A stretch of DNA of 64,000 nt from Octopus sinensis (Eukaryota), in NCBI RefSeq assembly GCF_006345805.1, contig NC_043005.1, positions 9,920,001 through 9,984,000 on the forward strand, written 5' to 3'. The position numbers and the translations under genes are program-made. Positions 54,393 to 64,000 of this stretch are shown here, piece after piece. The notes under the pieces are model-generated. The model was not told the DNA's origin. It searched no databases and saw only the letters and a list, made by a program, of their open reading frames with translations. Position 1 is the stretch's first letter. Each line of letters starts with the position of its first letter.

Positions 54393-55063
54393 GTTATGGT
54401 TATTATTGTTATTGTTATTATTGTTATTATTGTTATTATTGTTATTGTTATTATTATTATTGTTATTGTTATTATTATTGTTATTGTTATTATTATTGTT
54501 ATTATTGTTATTGTTATTATTGTTATTGTTATTATTGTAATTGTTGTTATTGTTATTATTGTTATTATAATTATTGTTATTATTATTGTTATTATTATTG
54601 TTATTATTATTATTATTGTTATGATTGTTATTGTTATTATTGTTATTGTTATTATTGTCATTGTTATTATTGTTATTGTTATTGTTGTTATTGTTATTAT
54701 TGTTATTGTTATTGTTGTTATTGTTATTATTATTATTATTATTGTTATTATTATTGTTATTATTATTATTATTGTTATTATTGTTATTGTTATTATTGTT
54801 ATTGTTATTATTGTAATTGTTATTATTGTTATTGTTATTGTTGTTATTGTTATTATTGTTATTGTTATTGTTGTTATTATTATTATTGTTATTGTTATTG
54901 TTGTTATTGTTATTGTTGTTATTGTTATTATTGTTATTATTGTTATTGTTATTATTGTTATTGTTATTATTGTTATTATTGTTGTTGTTGCTGCTGCTGC
55001 TGCTGTTGTTGTTGTTGTTAATAATAATAATAACAACAACAACAATGTAATAATAATAACAAT
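54309..55063. repeat. (TTA/TTG)n compound trinucleotide tract
   Basis: Direct reading. Confidence 0.97.
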
Positions 55064-55475
55064 AATATTCCTTTCTACTATAAGTACAAGGCCTGAAATT
55101 TTTCGGGGAGGGGAGGGGACTAGTCGCTTAGATCGACCCCAGGACGCAACTAGTACTTAATTTATCGACCTTAAAAGGATGAAAGGCAAAATTCGACCTC
55201 GGCGGAATGTGAACTCAGAACGTAGCGACGGGCGGAATACCTATTTCTTTACTACCCGCAAAGGGGCTAAACACAGAGGGGACAAACAAGGACAGACAAA
55301 CGAATTGAATCGATTACATCGACCCCAGTGCGTAACTGGTACTTAATTTATCGACCCCGAAAGGATGAAAGGCAAAGTCGACCTCGGCGGAATTTGAACT
55401 GAGAGCGTAACGGCAGACGAAATACGGCTACGCATTTCGCCCGGCGTGCTAACGTTTCTGCCAGCTCGCCGCCTT
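55064..55475 (-). mobile_element. SINE family D heterodimer (head + tail-1 unit + tail-2 unit)
   Basis: Junction GAAATAG|GTATTCC at 55241/55240. Confidence 0.9.
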
Positions 55476-56129
55476 GCCAACAACAACAACAACAACTGCA
55501 ACAGCAACAACAACAACAATAATAAGGAAAGTGCTATCATAAAAGTCTGACAAAAAAAAATTTAAGCATGAGAATAAAATTTTGAAATAATAAGCATTAA
55601 AAGACAATAAACACTAACTAAACACACACAAATACATACACATACATATTTATACACACGCACAAGTACATATATACATACATGCACATGCACGTACGTG
55701 CTCGCACAACTAAGTCGCGCGCGTGTACGCACGCACACACACACACAGACACACACACACACAGACACACACACACACACACGCATGCACGCACGGGAAC
55801 GAAGACTATTGATTCGTTTTCAGTAAATAATTTACAACTTTGAAGGGATGATTTATTTCTAAGACGATTGTTAGAAATTGATTGTTATCCGATTAGACCG
55901 GACAAATATCACGTGATGAGACAGTAATTTGCGACTTCTGATTGGCAGTTAATGACTTTGGAAAATATTGTTTTAGTTATGCAGACCTGCTAACTTTCGC
56001 TATAATTGAACATCGTGTGATGGTGATTAGTTTTTTAACGAATTATGTTATGGACAGTTATTTAAATCACCATACATACATCCAGATACTCAGACATACA
56101 TACACACAGATGCATATATATATATATAT

Positions 56130-56634
56130 ATATACATATATATATAATAAAATATTAGGGAGTAAATCCAAACTTACAGGGAAAAATCAGATTTAGGATT
56201 AAATCTAATTTTATAGTAAAATATTATATTATATTAAATTAGAGATAAAACCACTATTAGGCAAATCAAACAATGAAAAACATAAGCCAATACATAAAAT
56301 TAATTAATTTATACTATTTTAAATATCAAAAGTATTAAAATTTAATAAAAGATAATGATTAAACACTACGATCGTTTCATGGCTGTCCAATTCGTAATAA
56401 TTCGAGTTATGGTTAGTCAATCACCTGAAGATTGACTGTAACCATAACTCGAATTATTACGAATTGGACAGCCATGAAACGATCGTAGTGTTTAATCATT
56501 ATCTTTTATTAATCTTTTAATACTTTTGATATATATTTAAAATAATATAAATTAATTAATTTTATGTATTGGCTTAAGTTTTTCATTGTTTGATTTGCCT
56601 AATAGTGGTTTTATCTCTAATTTAATATAATATA
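56130..56634. mobile_element. Penelope-like terminal repeat in inverted (fold-back) arrangement
   Basis: Arms 56225-56422 and 56430-56634 with a 7-nt loop. The left arm continues to (TA)n near 56130. A hammerhead motif is present on the + arm. Confidence 0.6.
56419..56493 (+). ncRNA. Type I hammerhead ribozyme candidate
   Basis: AATCAC-CTGAAGA-T-TGACTGT...ACAGCCA-T-GAAAC-GATC-GTA-GTGTTT: canonical CUGAAGA and GAAA, palindromic stem III ACGATCGT, stem I CAC/GTG. U.U at the base of stem II. Confidence 0.55.
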
Positions 56635-56654
56635 TATATATATATATATATACC

Positions 56655-58053
56655 TGGTGTTTCAAAAAATTTGATGTCCTTTGAGATGTAAATATCACAG
56701 AAACTACATACCGTAAATCCTCGAGTATAACCTGCCCTTGAGTATAATACGCAGGGGATTTTTAGAGGGCTGTACCTCTGAAAAACCTAAACCTTGTGTA
56801 TAATACGCACCCCTTCTCTAACTTGAGTCAAGGAGGTCTATATAACGTCCTTAGTTTGTGAAAATTTATACGGTAAAGTCCTTTATTATTGTTGTATATA
56901 TAACATAATGCAAATGTGTAGCTTTTGTATGCATTTTGTTTGCAGAAAATAAAGAAATAACAGTAATAACGTTTAATAAATGTTGCTTACTGCAAGTTAT
57001 GGATGATTCTTTTATGACTTCATTGCTTTCAGGCTTAGCTGAAGGTATTTTCGCGCCCGATATCACAAAATGCGTCTGAATAAACATTGCCGGACAGCAA
57101 ATAGAGACTAGGACATTGCTTAGAAAATAATTTTCATTTTTAACCTCGTATATAGTACGCACTAGGGATTTTGACCTTTAAATTTTGGGGAAAAGTGCAG
57201 ATTATACTCGAGGATTTACGGTAGTCAAAGCAAATGAAACTAAACAGGCTTAATGTTGAGCAACATAAGATTTATTCCTCCAAATTTGAATGAGAAATTG
57301 AAAGATATGTAGATTCCTTGAACCATTTCACAAATTTTCAATATTCACACCGCCTGAGACACGGCACACGTCAAGTCGATAGTCCAGCTCTTCCCAAACA
57401 TGCTGCAGCATGTATTGGGTAACAGTTTCCACTGCGGTACTGATTCTCTACTCGAGTTCCTCTAGGTTTGCAGGACGAGGGGGTGTATAGACCAAGCCCT
57501 TCACATTGGCCCATGTTTGCGTTTTCGATTGTCACCTGCCGTTATGGCCTGAACAAGCTGCAGCTTGTAGGGCTTCATTAGCAAGCGTTTCCCCAGGACG
57601 CGCCTAATTGTCGTTGGAGGAATCTTGGTTTCCAGACTTGTCCTTCTTATGAACTTCTTGGGGCTTCGCAAGAGAATTTGGCGAACTCGCTCAACCGTCA
57701 CTTTCGATGTTAGTGGTCATCCAGATTCTTCGGCCGGCACAGACAGCTTTCATCTTTGAATTTTTTGTGGCATGTCCAAATCTGCATTACCGTTGGTGAC
57801 TTTTTAGAGACCTCTCTGACAAATGCACGCTGCACAATCTTGTTCGACTGTGTTCGCGCTGACTCCAACACACAAAACCCCTTTTCTCTTCCAGTGAATG
57901 CCATTTCTATACTTGAAAAGATAAACACATCAAACATTAAGCATAAAATTTTGACCTGTTTCTACACATGCTGTTAAAATTTGAAGTGATTAGAACAAGA
58001 ACTGACAAAGTTATTAAATTGCGAAATGATATCAAATTTTTTGAAACACTGTG
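56655..58053 (-). mobile_element. Internally deleted IS630-Tc1-mariner superfamily transposon (rosa/Visitor-like N-terminus)
   Basis: TIR cores GTGTTTCAAAAAATTTGAT at both ends, flanked by TA. Remnants EKGFCVLE..VQRAF..KKFKD, VERVRQILLRSPKK..KPYKLQLVQA, then a jump to C-terminal VKGLVYTP..NLEEL..VWEELDYRLDVCRV. The catalytic region is absent. Subfamily uncertain. Confidence 0.88.
56711..57221. mobile_element. Nested Tc2/pogo-type MITE (511 bp)
   Basis: Perfect 20-bp TIR CCGTAAATCCTCGAGTATAA, TA duplication at 56709-56710 and 57222-57223, repeated subterminal GTATAATACGCA. Confidence 0.93.
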
Positions 58054-58057
58054 TATG

Positions 58058-58089
<32 letters not shown>

Positions 58090-58159
58090 ATATATATATA
58101 CACATATATATATATATGTGGTGTGTGTGTGTGTGTTGTGTACATTACAAATAAACAAG

Positions 58160-58213
<54 letters not shown>

Positions 58214-58609
58214 CATATATAATACTTAAAATAAGCAACAAGAATAACTCCGGTAATTTGGTACAATTGTTTCGCACTACATCATTTTATTAAAAGTTGT
58301 AAGTATTACAGCAGATTTAAGATGCTGAGTGCTCATCAGCCAATTATATAGGTTTTCCATTAATACAAAAGCTTTCAAATCAAGTAGTAACATTATAGAG
58401 AAGGTAGCTATACAGACAAAGATGTAGATTTAAATTTTAAGAACATATGAATGAGGTAGTGAAGTCCAACCACTGACTGACCAAGCTATGGCTGTATCTG
58501 CTGCTTATTTTGATTATAATCAACCCGAAAATTTTTATGGATAACACCATACAAAATTCTGGTGCATCTAAATTAAGTACCATATTCATTTGAATCTAAC
58601 TTGTTGTTG

Positions 58610-58671
<62 letters not shown>

Positions 58672-58674
<3 letters not shown>

Positions 58675-58837
58675 TGGCTGTGTGGTAAGTAGCTTGCTAA
58701 CCAAGCACATGGTTCCGGGTTCAGTCCCACTGCGTGGCATCTTGGGCAAGTGCCTTCTACTATAGCCCCGGGCCGACCAATGCCTTGTGAGTGGATTTGG
58801 TAGACGGAAACTGAAAGAAGCCTGTCGTATATAATAT

Positions 58838-58888
<51 letters not shown>

Positions 58889-59106
58889 GTGTGTTTGTGT
58901 GTCTATGTTTGTCCCCCTAGCATTGCTTGACAACCGATGCTGGTGTGTTTACGTCTCCGTCAATTAGCGGTTCGGCAAAAGAGATCGATAGAATAAGTAC
59001 TAGGCTTACAAAGAATAAGTCCCCGGGTCGATTTGCTCGACTAAAAGGCGGTGCTCCAGCATGGCCGCAGTCAAATGACTGAAACAAGTAAAAGAGTAAA
59101 AGAGTA
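58672..59106 (+). mobile_element. SINE family A
   Basis: Alignment to other copies. Confidence 0.93.
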
Positions 59107-59157
59107 ATATTTCTATACATATATACATATATATAATATATAATATATATATATATG

Positions 59158-60200
59158 TACTCGCAATTTCAAGATGCAGCCATTGGTGTCAGTGTAGCTG
59201 GAGACGTGGCTGGCCTCTTCATGACGTAATGGGACAGAAAACTTAAGCAATCCTTAGTAGAACAGTCCACAACTCCTCTACTCTACAGTAAGTATGTAGT
59301 TGACATTAATATCATAGTTAAGACAAACTCTAGTAACTGTAATGCAGAATCTGAGAGGGACGTAATGGAGAGCATCCAGCAAATAGCTAACTCAATCCAC
59401 CAAAGTATCAAGGTAACTATAGATTACTCCACTTCGCACCCCAACAATACACTCCACGTCCTTTATACTGAACTTCGGGTAGAGACTGTGAACAATAGTG
59501 TGCAGCTCCTCCACTCCTATTACATGAAACCCAAAGCTTCTAAATATGTTGTTCACAAGAACTCGGCTTTATCATACAACATGAAAATCAATATACTGAT
59601 AGCAGACTTAGGATAATGAACAACGTGTTTCCACTATACAAAACCTATGAAACAAAAAAACATGTACAGAACTTCATGCACAACATGCAATTTTCTGGAT
59701 ACGATCAGAAAGATAGGGTTCAAGTGTACAGGGGTGCTAGAAAGAAATTAGATAACATTATATGTAATGATACCTATTTCTTTATTACCCACAAGTGGCT
59801 AAACATAGAAGGGACAAACAAGGACAGACATAGGTATTAAGTCGATTACATCGATCCCAGTGCGTTACTGGTACTTAATTTATCGACCCCGAAAGGATGA
59901 AAAGTAAAGTTGACCTCGGCGGAATTTGAACTCACAACGTAACGGCAGACGAAATACCGCTAAGTATTTCGCCCGACGTGCTAACGTTTCTACCAGCTCA
60001 CCGCCTTATTATATGTAATGATACCAGTGGTACCTGCCCTAGATATAGAAACAAAGGCTAGAATAGGATACAAAGAACTTGTGACAACGCAAACAGGTTG
60101 AACACGTTGTATAAAACCGACAAATATCAAGGAGTGATGTTTGCAGAGGCCACACTTTTCTTTATCCTTCAACATACGTGTATAGATACTCTTTTCTTGA
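59158..60200 (+). pseudogene. Penelope-like element reverse transcriptase fragment, interrupted by a SINE
   Basis: QDAAIGVSVAGDVAGLFM (RT motif 5), SKYVVDI (YVDD equivalent), IANSIHQSIKV, HSYYMKP, LIADL, FMHNMQFSGY; continues after the SINE as PRYRNKG..VMFAEAT. Contains stops and frameshifts. Confidence 0.82.
59775..60007 (-). mobile_element. SINE family D monomer, tail type 1
   Basis: 18-bp TSD ATTATATGTAATGATACC at 59757-59774 and 60008-60025. Confidence 0.95.
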
Positions 60201-60343
60201 ACCTTTTCACTTGCTCCATTGGATCTTTATAAAATAACCAAACTACCTCGTGAACGTTGATATTAATTCAGCTTTGTAGAATTGTTGACACTCTACAAAA
60301 TATAAGAAGAACCCATACTGTGGTGCTAATATTATATAATAAA

Positions 60344-60737
60344 CTAGCAGTATCGCCCGGCGTTGCTCGGGTTTGTAAGGGAAATAACTATATAAGCATT
60401 TTTAGAGATGTAAAGTATAATAGCCATCTCAATATGGCTAACCACAAAGGGGGGTGTTACTGTAGCTTTTTACGTTCTGAGATTTAATAATACATTTTTA
60501 GAGAGTTACTTCCCTTATATATGCCAAACATGCATTAAAAATGGGAAAAATTGATGGTAAATTTTTTTTTAATCGTAGACTCATCGTAGACGCGCGCTAA
60601 TACCCAGAAGGGCTTGATATGAATCACGACTATAAGATACGCGGTTTTGGTTAAACTGCACCTCAAAATGTGGGAGTAGTTAGGAATCTAAATCGTCGGA
60701 GACAGACAGCACACAACCTCACTTTTATGTATAAAGA
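60344..60737 (-). mobile_element. Non-autonomous Helitron, copy 2
   Basis: A|TC 5' end and hairpin + CTAG|T 3' end; matches 4142-4549. Confidence 0.88.
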
Positions 60738-61287
60738 TATCCTTGTTAAGATGATACTTTATTTCCCCTTCTACAAATACGGGATAACATAAAGTAATGT
60801 TTAATGCGATAAAACAAACGTTAGTTCATAATGGATCTGTAGACAAGTTAAAAAGCTAAATTATAGGATGCAGAAATATGTTCAAAGCAATGCAACTGAT
60901 GGATTCTTAATGCCATAAAGCGATTTGGTAGAAATAGAAACTCTCGTAAATCATAAAGGAAAGCCATACTGGATAACGAAAGCCTATATATAATACAACG
61001 CCTTTAATCATAGGTCAGCTTAAACAAAAATTACATACAGCAAATCAAGAACAATAACAATACACTACAAAAATAAACTAAATGACAACTAGGGATTATT
61101 TTCTCCAAATATATCCTGTCGAGGGAAAAGACGAGCATTCTATCTTAATGCTCATTAAAGTGAACATAGCCCGCATTACACTTAAGCATAGAATATCTCT
61201 CATAGCTTATAACAATAACAGCGACATCAGCAAATGACCACAAGCCTACAAAACTAAATAATAAACCTCATATAAAATTAATATATT

Positions 61288-61610
61288 ACGGAGATGTACT
61301 TGCATAGCAAGTGACCTGATCTGAGATCGTATGCTGGAACGAAAACAATTGCAGCCTGGAAGGTGTTTATAAGACATTTAAGAAACACACAAAAACCGCT
61401 AGATTCACTTCAACATTTAAATTTAATTTGTCAAAATATTTTCGTTGCTTTGAGACCGCGACCTGTTCCCTGCAGCACGGAGTTTTGTCATTGAACAGGT
61501 CGCGGTCTCAAAGCAACGAAAATATTTTGACAAATTAAATTTAAATGTTGAAGTGAATCTAACGGTTTTTGTGTGTTTCTTAAATGGCTTATAAACACCT
61601 TCTATGCTGC
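61288..61610. mobile_element. Unclassified insertion with internal fold-back, bounded by a 14-bp direct repeat
   Basis: AAAATTAATATATT at 61274-61287 and 61611-61624. Inverted arms 61350-61468 and 61493-61611. Confidence 0.75.
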
Positions 61611-62217
61611 AAAATTAATATATTTAAATAGGTAATCGTTATTATTTCGTATATTTTCATTTGTCTTGCTTATTTTTTACGCTTTAGTTTTGTGCTGAAT
61701 TTTTACTTGAGAACACATTCTTCGTGGAAAATAGCGATTTTAACGTCTTTGTGTGTAATAAATATTAATAATAAACATATTTTGTGTGTAATAAATAATA
61801 ACGATTACCTATGAAGTAAATTCTACCAGGTCATTCATCCTGTTACGAACAGCCAACTTTCATCAAATCACACCCCACTGTCTTTAAAAATAAAGAGAGA
61901 AAACACATTGCATGATGTAGTTCTGTCTTTAAAAGACAGACTAGTCACTACTGGGGCGCTTTTGAGGTGGTGCAGACACGAGCTCGATCAGAGCTAGCAT
62001 GGCTAAGCTGCAAGAACAACAACGACAACAGCAGCACATTGAGATGTAAACATGAAGCTTCATCACTCTGCATTTTACATTGGACTTTCAAGTATTAAAC
62101 ATTTTTCACCTGCAGACAATGTGTCTATACTGTACAAATATCGTATCACGCTATATTACAGAGATGAATTTAACTATAGCCTGAAAAAGAACAGAAATTC
62201 ATATCACAACTTCATTA

Positions 62218-62626
62218 TACTCTTTTACTTGTTTCAGTCATTTGACTGCGGCCATGCTGGAGCACCGCCTTTAGTCGAGCAAATCGACCCCGAGACTTAT
62301 TCTTTGTAAGCCCAGTACTTATTCTATCGGTCTCTTTTTCCGTGGGTCTCTTTTTAGGTGACGGGGACGTAAACACACCAGCATCGGTTGTCAAGCAATG
62401 CTAGGGGGACAAACACAGACACACAAACACACACACACACACATATATATATATACATATATACGACAGGCTTCTTTCAGTTTCCGTCTACCAAATCCAC
62501 TCACAAGGCATTGGTCGGCCCGGGGCTATAGCAGAAGACACTTGCCCAAGATGCCACGCAGTGGGACTGAACCCGCAACCATGTGGTTGGTAAGCAAGCT
62601 ACTTACCACACAGCCACTCCTGCGCC
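62218..62626 (-). mobile_element. SINE family A, full length
   Basis: Alignment to other copies. Confidence 0.94.
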
Positions 62627-63407
62627 TATACTGCACATGAAGTAATAGAAGATATGGTTAAAGTGCATTTTATGGTTCTTTACATTTTAATTTCAAAACT
62701 TGTCAAGGCCGAGTTTGCTTCCCAGGTGTCTATGAAATAAAATAAGTCAAGTACCGAGATCGATATAATCAATTGTACCTGTCCCTTTGAACTTTAACCG
62801 TTGAGTACAAGCTCAAAGATTAAGATACAAAAATAAAGTTTAACACAAGTAAGTAAACAAGCTTTTGCTGGGTGACCTGTTGAAAAAGTTTCCTCTTTAC
62901 GGAAATAAATCTGATGTCAACGAACAGGCAACATTTAACGACAAGGGATAACCAAGATTTATTTCATTTAGACCTGGGTTCTGGAACGTCTGGAAATACA
63001 GGTGTACTTTTTTTTAATAACATGTTAATAGGAAAAGCCTTTCAACACACACGTGAATAAAACACATATACACACAAAACAAACACCATACACATATTAC
63101 AATCAGTTGTATGCTCAAAATTTTCGTTTCACAACTATATGGCTTCAATACTGAGGAGTGAGTTGGGTCAATGTCCTCACTCATAGTCTTGGACCCACCA
63201 GCGACCTGTGAATTAAATTTATTGGACAGAAACTGTTTGGAAGCCTATCAGATTACCTACTGCGTTCCTTACGTAGTAAACTTAATCAGTAGTTCTGTTG
63301 AAGTCCCTTGGGAACCTTCAAAAGACGTCCACTTTGTTAGGAGAATGCAAGTCAAGACTACAGTTTGTTGACAAAAACAAAAAAGAATAAGGAGAAAATA
63401 TATAATA

Positions 63408-63802
63408 CTAGAAGTATCGCCCGGCGTTGCTCGGGTTTGTAAGGGAAATAACTATATAAGCATTTTTAGAGAGTTATAGCAAAAAGATAGCAAAAAAATG
63501 CATTAAAATGGAAAACAAATGATGGTAAATTTTTTTTTAATCGTTGACTCATCGTAGACATTTTAGAGAGTTACTTCCCTTATATAATAGCGAAAAAAAT
63601 GCATTAAAATGGAAAAAAATGGTGGTAATTTTTTTTTAAATCGTAGACTCATCGTAGACGCGCGCTAATACCTAGAAGGGTTCTATATGAATCACGACTA
63701 TAAGATACCCGGTTTTGGTTAAACTGCACCGCAAAATGTGGGAGTAGTTAGGAATCTAAATCGTAGGAGACAGACACACAACTTCTCTTTTATATATAAA
63801 GA
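63408..63802 (-). mobile_element. Non-autonomous Helitron, copy 3 (internally rearranged)
   Basis: Same termini as copies 1 and 2. One ~100-bp block is duplicated and another is missing. Confidence 0.87.
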
Positions 63803-63861
63803 TATTCATAGATATACACACGCATACATACATTTCAGACATGTATGCATACATACATACA

Positions 63862-63925
<64 letters not shown>

Positions 63926-63926
63926 A

Positions 63927-64000
63927 GGGGAATTCACACAAAAAAGACGAAGACAGGTGGTGTAGACAACAAGCAGCTGTATTAGTTTAACGCTTGGGAA
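63927..64000 (-). mobile_element. 3' end of the same Penelope-like repeat as 34405-34840, cut by the window edge
   Basis: Reverse complement matches CTAATACA.CTG...CTACACCACCTGTCTTCGTC...GTGAATTC.CCC, followed by (TA)n. Confidence 0.7.

Overview
This is AT-rich eukaryotic DNA dominated by repeats, probably intronic or intergenic. The SINE repertoire resembles what I recall of octopod (Octopus-like) genomes; that assignment is inference. I found no intact protein-coding gene, rRNA, bona fide tRNA or CRISPR array, and most ORFs in the track are microsatellite read-throughs. DNA transposons: a full-length dead mariner, an internally deleted Tc1/mariner-superfamily element with a nested MITE, and non-autonomous Helitrons. 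Retroelement fragments: RTE, R4/Dong-type (RLE) and Penelope-like. There are also four families of tRNA-derived SINEs and many micro- and minisatellites. Highlights: (i) three type I hammerhead-ribozyme-like motifs in (TA)n-flanked small elements; the best (37055-37095) has the U3-A8 compensatory core and caps a ~130-nt hairpin; (ii) a ~557-bp non-coding element found only inside (AAT)n tracts next to Dong-type fragments; (iii) a SINE that occurs as a head plus n x 184-bp multimers; (iv) three long fold-back inversions within 9 kb. All alignments and folds were done by eye, so coordinates may be off by a few bases.
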